Shown: positions 8,728-18,790, numbered from the stretch's first letter. The stretch: DNA of 64,000 nucleotides from Flavisolibacter sp. (GCA_035645595.1 DASQMG010000322.1:2041-66040); one strand, 5' to 3'. A program made the numbers and translations. Notes: generated by a model from the sequence alone, not told the origin.

Positions 8728-10785
8728 TTAAGACTTCTTTTTTACCATCGTTAAAATTGTTGCTATTCCCGCTATCTCTCCCGTCTCATCCAGCATCTCA
8801 ACCAGCCATTTTACAATACCCTTTGGAATATCGGCCTCATCATCCGGCTTTGCATCCTGCGGCAGTTTTTCTTTGCAGGTGAAACGAATGGTCAGTTCTG
8901 CACCGGCGTAAACAGGTTTGGTAAACCGTAATTCATCAATACCATAATTTAGGAGCACTGGCCCTAAATCGCTACCATCAACAAATAAGCCTGCAGCTGC
9001 ACTTAAAATAAAGTAGCCATGCGCTACCTGCTTTTCAAACATGGTCCCGGTAAAATCAGTTGCCCTTTTATGCGCATAAAAATGATCGCCGCTCAGTTCG
9101 GCAAAAGCATCAATATCTTCTGAAGTAATAATGCGTTTTTCTGTAATAATCTGATCGCCAACCTGCAATTCCTCGAAGTGTTTTTGGAAAGGGTGCACGG
9201 CTGTCTGAATGCCCTTTGCACCAGGCTGATAGGATTGTGTGATGGCAGTAATTGTTGTTGGAGAACCCTGGATGGCTACCCGCTGCATATAATGTTTTAC
9301 CCCACGAACACCACCCATTTCTTCTCCGCCACCGGCACGGCCAGGACCGCCATGTATCAGCATGGGGAGGGGCGAACCATGACCGGTACTTTCTTTTGCA
9401 CAATCACGGTTTAAAACTAAAATACGTCCATGGTGTGTGCCGGCATTCACAACAAAATCCGTTGCCAGTTTATCATCGGCAGTAATAATAGAGCAGCACA
9501 AAGACCCTTTCCCTTTTTTAGTTAATTGAATAGCTTCCCCTAAGTCTTTATAAGGCATAATGGTGCTGACCGGCCCAAAACATTCTATGTCATGCACCGC
9601 TTCAGTTTGAAAAGGCTTTTCGTTGAGTAAAAGCAGTGGGGATAAGAACGAACCGTTGGCTGCATCGGCATCAATCACCTCAATACTGTCTAAAGTTCCA
9701 TATACAATTTGTGCGGAGGCCAACAGCTTTTGAACATTGGCTTTTACCTCATCACGCTGGCCTTTTCCTGCAAGGGCGCCCATGCGTACTTTATCGTTTA
9801 GTGGATTACCAATAACCGTTTGTGCCAAGGATTTTCCAATAGCGAGGTAAGCATCTTCCAGTAGATGTTCCGGTACGAATATCCTGCGCACCGCCGTACA
9901 TTTTTGCCCGGCTTTCACAGTCATTTCCTTGCGGATTTCTTTTATAAAAATATCCCACTCCGGGGAGCCTGGATTTACATCGCTACCAAGCACTAATGCA
10001 TTTAAAGAGTCGGCTTCCATATTAAATGGAACACTTTCTTCTGAAATAGCTTTGCCACCTTTTAGCATAAGGCCTGTTGTTTTAGAACCGGTAAAGGTTA
10101 CCACATCCTGCGACGTGACATGATCGAGCATATCGCCAGCGCTACCACATAATAACTGCAGGGCACCTTCTGGTAAAATGTCAGAAGCAATAATTTCTTT
10201 TACAACAATTTCCGTTAAATAGGAGGTGATGGATGCAGGTTTTACCACTGCAGGCACACCGGCTAACCAGTTCACCGCGCATTTTTCCAGCATGCCCCAG
10301 ATAGGAAAATTATAAGCATTGATATGAACCGCAACGCCTTCTTTTGGTACTAACAAATGATGGCCCATAAAGCTGCCACCCTTGCTTAAACCAATTGGGT
10401 CGCCATCGGTGCAGTAAGGCAGATCGGGAAATTTTCTGCGAAGCGATGCATTGGCAAATAAATTTCCAATACCACCTTCTATATCAATCCAGCTATCGGC
10501 TTTTGTAGCTCCTGAACGGTAACTAACCTGGTAAAAAATTTCTTTTTTCTCCATCAGGTGCAACGCCAATGCCTTCAACATACGGCCACGTTCGTGAAAA
10601 GTCAGTTTCCGTAAATTAGCATTACCCACTTCTCTTCCATATTGCAAAACAGAAGCAAAATCCAACCCCTTAGTTGTAGCAGCAGCAATGCTTTCACCGG
10701 TTACAGCATCATATAATAGTTGGCCTTCGCCATCACCGGCTATCCAGCTGCCGGCAACATAATTTTCTAATTTATTTACAAGCAT
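8728..10785 (-). CDS. paaZ: Bifunctional oxepin-CoA hydrolase / aldehyde dehydrogenase
   Basis: ALDH domain (HINAYNFP, EADSLN, GQKCTA) fused to a MaoC domain (FAELSGDHFYAH, AHGYF). Confidence 0.95.
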   Translation of the reverse strand: MLVNKLENYVAGSWIAGDGEGQLLYDAVTGESIAAATTKGLDFASVLQYGREVGNANLRKLTFHERGRMLKALALHLMEKKEIFYQVSYRSGATKADSWIDIEGGIGNLFANASLRRKFPDLPYCTDGDPIGLSKGGSFMGHHLLVPKEGVAVHINAYNFPIWGMLEKCAVNWLAGVPAVVKPASITSYLTEIVVKEIIASDILPEGALQLLCGSAGDMLDHVTSQDVVTFTGSKTTGLMLKGGKAISEESVPFNMEADSLNALVLGSDVNPGSPEWDIFIKEIRKEMTVKAGQKCTAVRRIFVPEHLLEDAYLAIGKSLAQTVIGNPLNDKVRMGALAGKGQRDEVKANVQKLLASAQIVYGTLDSIEVIDADAANGSFLSPLLLLNEKPFQTEAVHDIECFGPVSTIMPYKDLGEAIQLTKKGKGSLCCSIITADDKLATDFVVNAGTHHGRILVLNRDCAKESTGHGSPLPMLIHGGPGRAGGGEEMGGVRGVKHYMQRVAIQGSPTTITAITQSYQPGAKGIQTAVHPFQKHFEELQVGDQIITEKRIITSEDIDAFAELSGDHFYAHKRATDFTGTMFEKQVAHGYFILSAAAGLFVDGSDLGPVLLNYGIDELRFTKPVYAGAELTIRFTCKEKLPQDAKPDDEADIPKGIVKWLVEMLDETGEIAGIATILTMVKKKS

Positions 10786-10834
10786 AATCGTTTTTATAAA
10801 GTCTGATGTAAAGTAGTTCTGTTCAGAAGCCCCA

Positions 10835-11302
10835 TCAGGGGTTTGTATTGAATTGCCTTAAATGATGGAGCGCATGTTTATACAGCAGATGAACGTTCTG
10901 TTCAAAATTCAGGTCGCCAAAAAACGGGTTGCGGGTAACCTGTAAACTATCTTTCTCAAATACAGAAAAGAAGGTGCAGATTTCGTCTTTTAATTCTTTA
11001 AGTGCCTCTTCAATAGAAGGATTTTTAACCGGCGCAGGCGTTTCGGGCAGTAGCGCGTTTGGCGTATTTTCTTTGAATGGTTTCTCGCTCAATAAAAAAT
11101 CACGAAGCCGCTCCAGGTGTTCCGGTGGAGTAATGACTTCAGCAAACATGATTTTCCCTGAGGCAATACGCATGCTGTAGGCAATATGTTCAATCATTTG
11201 CTGGAGCGTCATTTTACCCCATGCCGGCTTTGTATCGGTGGAGATTTTTTGTAAAAGAGGAACCAATTTGTAGTGTAGAAAGTCCACTTTTTCTGCATTC
11301 AT
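10835..11302 (-). CDS. DinB/DUF1569-like four-helix protein
   Basis: WGKMTLQQMIEH, NPFFG, KHALHHLRQF. Confidence 0.7.
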   Translation of the reverse strand: MNAEKVDFLHYKLVPLLQKISTDTKPAWGKMTLQQMIEHIAYSMRIASGKIMFAEVITPPEHLERLRDFLLSEKPFKENTPNALLPETPAPVKNPSIEEALKELKDEICTFFSVFEKDSLQVTRNPFFGDLNFEQNVHLLYKHALHHLRQFNTNP

Positions 11303-11332
11303 ACTGGAGAGTTATGGCTGCAAGTTTACGGC

Positions 11333-11935
11333 CTATTGGGCAGATACTGACTGCTGTGCCGCCATCTCAGTTTCAATAGCGCCGCTTACTTTTTGAAATA
11401 TATCTTCCACCGTACCCTCTCCTTGAATTCTTTCCAGCTTGGCCTGCGTTTCGTAGTAGCCGGCTACCTGTTCAGTTTCGGCCTTATAAACAGTAAAGCG
11501 TTTTCTGATCACGGTTTCGTCGGTATCATCACTGCGGCCCGAGGTCTCGCCGCGTTTTAATAACCGCTTTACCAGTTCATCTTCCGTTACTTCCAGTGCC
11601 AACACTTTAAAAATGGATGTTTTCTTAAGAGAGAGAAGTTTGTCCAGCGCTTCGGCCTGTGCTATCGTGCGGGGAAATCCATCAAATAAAAATCCTTTGG
11701 CCTCAGGGTGTTTTTCCAAACAGGTATCAATCATAGCCGTTACAACTTCATCCGGCACCAACTGGCCCTTATCCATAATTTTTTTTGCCTCCAATCCAAG
11801 TGGCGTACGGTCATGAATTTCCTGGCGGAGTAAATTACCTGTAGATAAGTGGATCAACCCAAAGCGGCTAACAATTTTTTCCGATTGCGTACCTTTTCCG
11901 CTGCCCGGAGGGCCAAACAAAATCAAATTAAACAT
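11333..11935 (-). CDS. adk: Adenylate kinase (short LID type)
   Basis: GPPGSGKGTQ, HLSTG, FDGFPRT, RSDD. Confidence 0.97.
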   Translation of the reverse strand: MFNLILFGPPGSGKGTQSEKIVSRFGLIHLSTGNLLRQEIHDRTPLGLEAKKIMDKGQLVPDEVVTAMIDTCLEKHPEAKGFLFDGFPRTIAQAEALDKLLSLKKTSIFKVLALEVTEDELVKRLLKRGETSGRSDDTDETVIRKRFTVYKAETEQVAGYYETQAKLERIQGEGTVEDIFQKVSGAIETEMAAQQSVSAQ

Positions 11936-12152
11936 GTTGCTTACTAACCTTTAAAAACAAATATAGGGCAAATGAAGAAAGCAGGAGTCAGAATACAGGA
12001 GACAGGAACTACTACCGGCAATCAGTGGTAAGCAGTAATTGCTACTAATTCTTTGTTTCTTACGCGATACTTCTCTGCCGCCCTGCTCCCGCAGCCTGAC
12101 CTTTCACTTTTTCTTTTAAACCAAAGCCCACTGCTGTACGTATTTTTAACCT

Positions 12153-12710
12153 ATGAAACATCTGGTGTTATTACTGCCGCTGACTTTTTTATTACAGTGT
12201 TGCAGCTATTCTCAAACCAATAAAACAAATAGTGTGGATTCAACAAAAAAGGCCCCTGTTTATTCTAACACCGATACGTCTAAAATAACCATGAGCAATG
12301 AGGAGTGGAAGAAGGTGCTCTCTGCCGATGTGTACGAAGTAGCCCGGCTGAAAGGAACCGAAAGCCCTTGGAGCAGCCCCTTGGAAAAAATAAAGGATAA
12401 GGGCATGTACTATTGTGCAGTTTGTGGCAACGGCCTTTTTATTTCCGATACAAAGTTTGAAAGTGGTTGCGGCTGGCCTAGCTTTTACCAGCCGGTTACA
12501 AAGGGTTCAGTTATTTATGAAGTTGATAATACGCATGGCATGAAGCGTACTGAAGTAATGTGTGGCCGCTGCAAGTCGCACTTAGGCCATGTGTTTGAAG
12601 ATGGTCCGCCGCCAACAGGTTTGCGCTATTGTATAAACGGGGTAGTGCTTGATTTTAAGAAAGCACAGAAGGCAGAGCAACAATATAAAGATGGTGCAAA
12701 GTCGCAATAG
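12153..12710 (+). CDS. msrB: Peptide-methionine (R)-S-oxide reductase with N-terminal export signal
   Basis: KGTE, CAVC, KFESGCGWPSF, SHLGHVFEDGP, RYCING. Confidence 0.95.
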   Translation: MKHLVLLLPLTFLLQCCSYSQTNKTNSVDSTKKAPVYSNTDTSKITMSNEEWKKVLSADVYEVARLKGTESPWSSPLEKIKDKGMYYCAVCGNGLFISDTKFESGCGWPSFYQPVTKGSVIYEVDNTHGMKRTEVMCGRCKSHLGHVFEDGPPPTGLRYCINGVVLDFKKAQKAEQQYKDGAKSQ

Positions 12711-12996
12711 AGGATTGCAAATAAAAATGCCCAAGGAATCGAACTTTAGTACCTGGCAGGCATACCACCTATACCTTTTGTTGTGTTGCACTCCTGGCTG
12801 CCGGCAGGTTGTACACCTTATAAATCTATCAGGCATTCAATCTTCGCCAGGAGACAGCTGCCGCTACCTATCATCAAAATCATAAACTACCCGGGGCTGG
12901 CCTCCTTTCTAAAATAGATATTCTCTTTCATTTCCCCTTTATCCTGAAGGTAGCGAAGCCGTATGAGGCTTAGAGGCCGGGCTAAAGTCTTCTGCC

Positions 12997-13004
12997 TACA
13001 TTTG
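12997..13004 (+). promoter_or_regulatory. -7 promoter element TACATTTG for rpiB
   Basis: TAnnTTTG just upstream of ATG 13021. Confidence 0.55.
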
Positions 13005-13020
13005 TACAAACATCCATTGT

Positions 13021-13476
13021 ATGAGCACCGTATTTGATTTTTCGAAGCCAATTGCCATTGGCGCCGACCATGCCGGCTACGAATACAAAACCATGATAGT
13101 AGAAATGCTTGAGGCCAAAGGCTTAGCGATAAAAGATGTAGGTACATATAGTAAAGATTCGGTTGACTACCCCGATTTTGCGCACCCTGTTTCCAAAGCG
13201 GTAGAAAATGGTGAGGCTGCCTGTGGCATTTTAATTTGCGGCACTGCCAATGGTGTAGCTATTACAGCTAATAAACATCAACATGTACGGGCGGCTATCT
13301 GCTGGACAGACACGGTAGCCACGCTGGTGCGCCAGCATAACAATGCTAATATTATTTGTATCCCGGCCCGTTTTGTATCGCCGCCAACAGCAGAAGAAAT
13401 GGTGAACATATTCCTGGCTACGGCTTTCGAGGGTGGCCGTCACCAGAACAGAGTAGCCAAAATGGCTTGCATGTAA
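13021..13476 (+). CDS. rpiB: Ribose-5-phosphate isomerase B
   Basis: GADHAG, DYPD, ICGTANG, HNNAN, FEGGRH. Confidence 0.95.
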   Translation: MSTVFDFSKPIAIGADHAGYEYKTMIVEMLEAKGLAIKDVGTYSKDSVDYPDFAHPVSKAVENGEAACGILICGTANGVAITANKHQHVRAAICWTDTVATLVRQHNNANIICIPARFVSPPTAEEMVNIFLATAFEGGRHQNRVAKMACM

Positions 13477-13561
13477 TTGCAGCAGTAATTTAAAATCACC
13501 CAACAAATTCTTTAAATACATAGGATATAGGATATTTTCATTCCTGAAATTGTAAGTACAC

Positions 13562-15025
13562 ATGAAAAAATTACTAACCGTATTATTGGCAGGCACCTCG
13601 TTTTGTGCAGTGGCTCAAAAAGTTTCAAAGCCTGATGCTTATGCAAAAACAATAACAACGGAAGATTTAAAAAAGCATTTATATATTATTGCATCCCCTG
13701 AAATGGAAGGCCGCGAAACCGGTACGGAAGGACAGCGCAAAGCCGCCGCTTATATTGAAACTTACTTTAAAAACATTGGTTTGCAGCCCGGTAACGGCAG
13801 CAGTTACCAACAATATTATAGCCTTTACCAGGATAGTGTGGTTAGTGCAGTTATAGAAGTGAATGGTAAGACATATGAAATAGATAAAGACTTCACGGTA
13901 GGTGCAACCAACATGCAGGCTACAATGAAGCTGAGCGAAGTGGTTGTAGTTAGTGCAGGTACTGCTGCTTCTGATGCTTTTAAGAACACAGAGATAGGCG
14001 GCAAACTGGTAATGGTGTTAGGTAATGTTAACCAAAGCCTTTATGCACAATTATCAAAAAAATTACCGGCCGGGTTTTTAACTCTTGGTACTGACTTTCC
14101 AAAGAAAACCGCATCAACCCGTATTAGCCGCCAAAGTATCCGTGGCTTTAGAAGTACAGTTACCCCGGCAACATTCACGCTGTCTGAAAGCCTTGCACGA
14201 GCGATTACCGGCAGCAGGTATGATAGTGTGAAATTATCAACGACTATGGTCCACGTAGCAAAAGCAGATGTGATGCTTGACGTTAAAAAAGCTACTATTA
14301 CAGCAGAAGCCAGTAACGTTTTAGGGCTACTGCCAGGAACCGATTTAAAAGACGAGTATGTTGTTATCAGTGCCCACTACGATCACCTTGGTAAACGCAA
14401 TGGCGTAGTTTACCCGGGCGCCGATGATGATGGATCGGGAACGGTAGGTGTACTGGAATTAGCAGAAGCTTTTGTAAAGGCAAGCAAAGAAGGAAAGGGT
14501 CCCCGCCGCTCTATTTTATTTCTTGCTAACAGCGGTGAGGAAAAAGGTTTGTGGGGGTCGGAATATTATACCGATCACCCTGTATATCCCTTGGAAAAAA
14601 CAACTGTGAACCTGAATATTGATATGATCGGCAGAAGCGATCCCGATAGGAAACCTGATACGCTCAACTACATCTACGTTGTAGGTGACGATAAGATCAG
14701 TACCGATCTGAAAACAATTAGCGAAGCGCAAAATAAAAGATACACCAAAATAGATCTGGATTATAAATACAATGATCCTAACGATAAGGAGCGTATCTAT
14801 TATAGGAGTGACCATTACAATTTTGCGAAAAATGGAGTACCCATTATTTTTTATTACGACGGTATGTTACGGCCCGATTATCACAGGCCTACTGATACGC
14901 CCGATAAAATAAATTATTCGCTGATGCAAAGGCGCACACAACTCGTATTTTATACCGGCTGGGAAATGGCCAACCGCGATGCAATGCTGAAACGGGATAT
15001 TCCATTGAATACTCCCCCGCGATAA
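13562..15025 (+). CDS. M28 family metallopeptidase, secreted
   Basis: SAHYDH, GADDDGSG, GEEKGLWGS, NIDMIG, RSDHY, DYH. Confidence 0.92.
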   Translation: MKKLLTVLLAGTSFCAVAQKVSKPDAYAKTITTEDLKKHLYIIASPEMEGRETGTEGQRKAAAYIETYFKNIGLQPGNGSSYQQYYSLYQDSVVSAVIEVNGKTYEIDKDFTVGATNMQATMKLSEVVVVSAGTAASDAFKNTEIGGKLVMVLGNVNQSLYAQLSKKLPAGFLTLGTDFPKKTASTRISRQSIRGFRSTVTPATFTLSESLARAITGSRYDSVKLSTTMVHVAKADVMLDVKKATITAEASNVLGLLPGTDLKDEYVVISAHYDHLGKRNGVVYPGADDDGSGTVGVLELAEAFVKASKEGKGPRRSILFLANSGEEKGLWGSEYYTDHPVYPLEKTTVNLNIDMIGRSDPDRKPDTLNYIYVVGDDKISTDLKTISEAQNKRYTKIDLDYKYNDPNDKERIYYRSDHYNFAKNGVPIIFYYDGMLRPDYHRPTDTPDKINYSLMQRRTQLVFYTGWEMANRDAMLKRDIPLNTPPR

Positions 15026-15030
15026 AAAAT

Positions 15031-15063
15031 AAAAAGCGATTCAAAAAATGAATCGCTTTTTTA
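15031..15063 (+). terminator. Intrinsic terminator
   Basis: AAAAAGCGATTCA-aaaaa-TGAATCGCTTTTTT directly after the stop codon. Confidence 0.85.
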
Positions 15064-15141
15064 TTAACCTCGGCTTGAACCTCTTTCGTTTAGTTCTTTC
15101 TGTCCGTCTGTACTAACATTTACTTACTTAAAAATTTCGCT

Positions 15142-15568
15142 ATGAAAACTACCATTTAGATTTCCCTTTTAAGCGCGGCACTGCTCTTTGTAATAGCCCT
15201 TACTACTACAGCCAATGCACAAACCCGGCAAGAACACCTGGGATAAGGCAGAAAACAAACTTGATAAGAAAGAAGACACTGGCGACAGACGAGGGAACCA
15301 TCGTGACCGCAGGAAGATGTACGTGATGCACAACATGATGGCGAACGCAGGGTTAGCATAAAAGACCCGGCAGGACAAGCGCGAAGATGTAAAAGACCGA
15401 AGAGAAGACGTAAAAGATAAAAGAGCAGATGTTGCTGATAAACGTGAAAATAAAAGAGACCACAAAGACAACAAGCTAGACAGAGGAGAAGACCGCAGGG
15501 ATAGAGAAAATAAAATTTTACCGTATCCTGTACCAATCATAAAAAGCTCTTTGTTAAACCTTTTATAG
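15142..15568 (+). pseudogene. Degraded secreted D/R/E/K heptad-repeat protein
   Basis: MKTTI*ISLLSAALLFVIALTTTANAQ, then frameshifted DKAENKLDKKED..DKREDVKDRREDVKDKRADVADKRENKRD..DRGEDRRDRE. Confidence 0.65.
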
Positions 15569-15683
15569 TTAATTAAAGAAAATATTTTAAACCTGTGCAG
15601 CAATTGGCAAGACAGTCTTGTCTGTATAAACGCTGACCTACTTACTGCTTATTAGTTCGTTAAGGGTAACTCCTTATGTTTTT

Positions 15684-15725
15684 AAACCCCGTCCAACGGC
15701 AAGCTGGAACGGGGTTTCGTTTTTT
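15684..15725 (+). terminator. Hairpin plus T-tract
   Basis: AAACCCCGTCCA..TGGAACGGGGTTTCGTTTTTT. Confidence 0.65.
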
Positions 15726-15757
15726 ACTGCTGTTCTCTTTTGTTAATTTTGGTAATT

Positions 15758-16297
15758 ATGTCAGGTGCTGTAAAAATATTGCCTTATTATACTTACGAGG
15801 ATTATGTGCAATGGGAAGGCAAGTGGGAATTAATTGATGGAATACCCCATGCAATGAGCCCGGCACCTACGCCGAAACATCAGATTATTGCCAATACTTT
15901 GGGAGCATTATTTTTTTTCCCTAGAAAAAGTGCAAGCATTGTAAAGCAGCACAGGCAATAGATTATAAAATTTCTGAAGATACAGTTATACAACCCGATA
16001 TTTCTGTTCTTTGCCCGCGAAGCCGGAAAGAAGTTTATTGATTTCCCGCCTGCCTTGGTTGTAGAAATACTATCGCCTTCCAGTGCACTCAAAGATCGTT
16101 ATACAAAACACAATTTATACCAACATCAAGGTGTGCCTTACTATCTTATGATTTCTCAGGACACTGAAGAAACTGAAGTGTATATGTTGGTGGGTGGGAA
16201 GTATGAACTACAGCAAAAAGGCAAATCATTTTCTTTTAACTTTCAGTTTGCAGATGATTGTTTGGCCACGATAGATTTAGGTGAATTATGGCAATAA
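15758..16297 (+). pseudogene. Uma2 family (PD-(D/E)XK-like) endonuclease, frameshifted
   Basis: Three frames: YTYEDY..WELIDG..MSPAP..HQ / CKHCK..IDYKISEDTVIQPDISVLC / PPALVVEILSPS..DR..K..LY..GVPYY. Confidence 0.8.
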
Positions 16298-16326
16298 AAA
16301 AGCTGCAATGAAAGTTGCAGCTTTTT
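16296..16326. terminator. Bidirectional intrinsic terminator
   Basis: AAAAAAGCTGCAA-tgaaag-TTGCAGCTTTTT between convergent genes. Confidence 0.8.
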
Positions 16327-16342
16327 CTCTGTAAAATATATG

Positions 16343-17323
16343 CTACCATCCCAGCACCCACGCAAATACCAGCGGCGCTACTATCGTCGCATCGCTTTCT
16401 ATAATATACTTCGGTGTATGAATATCTAATTTGCCCCAGGTAATTTTTTCGTTAGGGTGCGCGCCCGAATAAGACCCATAAGAAGTCGTACTATCACTTA
16501 CCTGGCAGAAATAACTCCAGAACGGAATTTCATGCATTTCCAGATCCTGGTACATCATCGGCACCACACAAATAGGAAAGTCTCCGGCAATGCCACCGCC
16601 AATCTGGAAAAAGCCAATGCCTTTGCCGGCGCTGTTTTCTTTATAATAGTTCGCTAACCAAACCATGTATTCAATACCGCTCTTCATGGTGCTGGCGGGT
16701 ATCTCGTTCTTGTAAACGTAAGAAGCAAAGATGTTACCCATCGTACTATCCTCCCAACCGCCAACAACAATCGGCAAATTCTTTTCAGCAGCAGCAATCA
16801 TCCAACTATCTTTTGTATCAATCTGGTAATTGTCTTTCATTACTTCGCTTAGTAGTAATTTATACATGTACTCATGCGGGAAGTAACGTTCACCTTTATC
16901 AGCAGCATCCTTCCAAATTTTATGAATATGTTCCTGGATTCTTCTAAACGCTTCTTCCTCGGGAATGCAGGTATCAGTAACACGGTTCAACCCCCGCTCC
17001 AATAAATCCCACTCCTGCTGCGGTGTTAAATCCCGCCAGTTCGGTATACGTTCGTAGTGGTTGTGTGCCACAAGGTTCATGATGTCTTCTTCCAGGTTTG
17101 CACCTGTACAGGAAATGATATGGATCTTATCCTGGCGTATCATCTCCGCCAATGAAATTCCTAGTTCTGCTGTACTCATGGCGCCGGCCAAGGTTACCAT
17201 CATTTTCCCTCCTTCAGCCAAATGCTGTACATATCCTTTTGAGGCATCTACCAAAGCTGCTGCATTAAAATGGCGGTAGTGGTGCTCTATAAAATTTGAA
17301 ACGGGTCCTTTGCTCATTACCAT
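16343..17323 (-). CDS. Deoxyhypusine synthase-like protein (probable homospermidine synthase role)
   Basis: LAGAMSTAELG, CTGANLEED, IGGGIAGD, YGSYSGA.PNEKITWGK, ESDATIV. Confidence 0.9.
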   Translation of the reverse strand: MVMSKGPVSNFIEHHYRHFNAAALVDASKGYVQHLAEGGKMMVTLAGAMSTAELGISLAEMIRQDKIHIISCTGANLEEDIMNLVAHNHYERIPNWRDLTPQQEWDLLERGLNRVTDTCIPEEEAFRRIQEHIHKIWKDAADKGERYFPHEYMYKLLLSEVMKDNYQIDTKDSWMIAAAEKNLPIVVGGWEDSTMGNIFASYVYKNEIPASTMKSGIEYMVWLANYYKENSAGKGIGFFQIGGGIAGDFPICVVPMMYQDLEMHEIPFWSYFCQVSDSTTSYGSYSGAHPNEKITWGKLDIHTPKYIIESDATIVAPLVFAWVLGW

Positions 17324-17336
17324 AGATTTTAGGCGG

Positions 17337-17344
17337 CAAATTTA
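17337..17344 (-). promoter_or_regulatory. -7 element TAAATTTG
   Basis: TAnnTTTG on the minus strand upstream of the DHS-like gene. Confidence 0.55.
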
Positions 17345-17348
17345 GGGC

Positions 17349-17383
17349 AAAAAAAATCCCGCCTCGGTGTTGAACACACTTCG
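17349..17383 (-). terminator. Hairpin plus T-tract downstream of the 17520-17966 gene
   Basis: Minus strand reads AATCCCCGCCGAAG..GAGGCGGGATTTTTTTT. Confidence 0.6.
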
Positions 17384-17519
17384 GCGGGGATTTACACACC
17401 AAAACAAGATTAGTATATAGGACCTGAAAAGTGAAACGTGAGACAGTGGTTAGCTATAAATTAGATGTCTTTCTTATCCCACGCTGGTGTTTCACTTCGA
17501 AAGTTGACTTGCCACGTTC

Positions 17520-17966
17520 TTAGCTCTTACGGCATTTCTGAAATACCGTCCAATCGTTTGAATGCGTTGACTTCAATGTAACTTTAGAGTCTCCGTTTTC
17601 AACGGTTACATAATAAGTAGTGCCATTCTCGTCGCTTAGTTCAAACAGGTCAGAAATCCAATAGGCTTCATAGCTTTTCTTCAAGGCGGTTTGTAAAGTA
17701 ACCGGTAATTGAACCGATGTAATGTTGCGGGTTACAGCTACAAGATTAGCCGTTGCATCGTAAAAGGCAGTTACATACTGACCGTTCATGGCAAAATCGG
17801 CCTTGTAAAAATTACCCGAGGTTTTCCAGGCTACTTCTGAAACATTCTTGAAAGATGAATTGAAAGAAGACAGTACAGCTGCTGATACTTTGGTTTCGTC
17901 TGAGGCAGATGCTTTTGTGTTGATGATAGATAACACTGCGGTTATCGCTACTAATAAAATTTTCAT
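17520..17966 (-). CDS. Secreted PepSY/BLIP-like Bacteroidota protein
   Basis: Signal peptide from ATG 17966; V..SF..F..V.W..Y.A.F..AFYD..QLP..Y.I..E..G.TYYV pattern. Confidence 0.7.
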   Translation of the reverse strand: MKILLVAITAVLSIINTKASASDETKVSAAVLSSFNSSFKNVSEVAWKTSGNFYKADFAMNGQYVTAFYDATANLVAVTRNITSVQLPVTLQTALKKSYEAYWISDLFELSDENGTTYYVTVENGDSKVTLKSTHSNDWTVFQKCRKS

Positions 17967-18137
17967 GATTTTTGGTTTTATACTTTTTATAATTTTTTGT
18001 CGTCTGGTTAGTTTGACGATGTAAAAGTATATTCTGTTACAGGGCAAGGCAAGCGAATTGTGACTAACGGATGACTGTGTTAACCATCTTAACACAGGGT
18101 TATAAAAAAGCTAAGTTGAACCAATTGTATATTTTGT

Positions 18138-18731
18138 GTGATGAATTACCTGGCCCACGCTTACCTGTCGTATCAGGAGCCGCAAATTTTAGCAGGCAAT
18201 ATGATTTCTGATTTTGTAAAAGGAGCGCAGAAATTTGGATATCCGGTAAAAATTCAACTTGGAATGGAACTTCACCGGGCAATAGATGCCTTTACTGATG
18301 CGCATGCCGCTACTGCAAAAGCAAAAGAAATTTTCAGGCCGCATTATCGTTTATACAGCGGCCCTTTTGTAGATATCTTGTACGATCATTTTCTGGCTAA
18401 TGACGATTCGATATTTCCAGATGATTCACTTCTTCCATACACAAACGGCATATATCAAATTTTAGAAAAGCATACGGTACATTTTCCGCACCGGTTTTTA
18501 CCTGTATTCACTTACATGAAAGCACAAAACTGGTTATATAGCTATAGAACAAGAGACGGCATTCAAAAAAGTTTGCATGGACTCGTACGCCGTGCCACTT
18601 TTATTAGCGACAGCATAAAAGTCATTGAACTTTTTAATGATAACTATGATGAATTAAAAAATTGTTACACTGAATTTTTTCCCGATGTTAAACAAATGGC
18701 AAAACAAAAACTTACCGAACTTCTTGCCTGA
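18138..18731 (+). CDS. acpH: ACP phosphodiesterase (DUF479)
   Basis: MNYLAHAYLS, GNMISDFVKG, LHRAIDAFTDAH, DILYDHFLA. Confidence 0.9.
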   Translation: MMNYLAHAYLSYQEPQILAGNMISDFVKGAQKFGYPVKIQLGMELHRAIDAFTDAHAATAKAKEIFRPHYRLYSGPFVDILYDHFLANDDSIFPDDSLLPYTNGIYQILEKHTVHFPHRFLPVFTYMKAQNWLYSYRTRDGIQKSLHGLVRRATFISDSIKVIELFNDNYDELKNCYTEFFPDVKQMAKQKLTELLA

Positions 18732-18760
18732 TTTTTATGGTGTAACCGTAGTCACTTACT

Positions 18761-18768
18761 TAAATTTG
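18761..18768 (+). promoter_or_regulatory. -7 element TAAATTTG
   Basis: TAnnTTTG upstream of ATG 18791. Confidence 0.5.
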
Positions 18769-18790
18769 TCTCTAATAAACATCCATCAAC

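Noticed and set aside
12711-13020. Short ORFs between msrB and rpiB
   Set aside because: No motifs or coherent coding signal.
15156-15603. Minus-strand S/L-rich ORFs
   Set aside because: Reverse complement of the + strand DRRED-repeat pseudogene.
15911-15930. Programmed frameshift or phase variation in Uma2
   Set aside because: Several separate breaks are needed to restore the protein, so decay or sequencing error is simpler.
16343-17323. Eukaryote-like hypusination system
   Set aside because: Bacterial DHS-like genes are well known and are usually linked to polyamine synthesis; no partner gene is present here.
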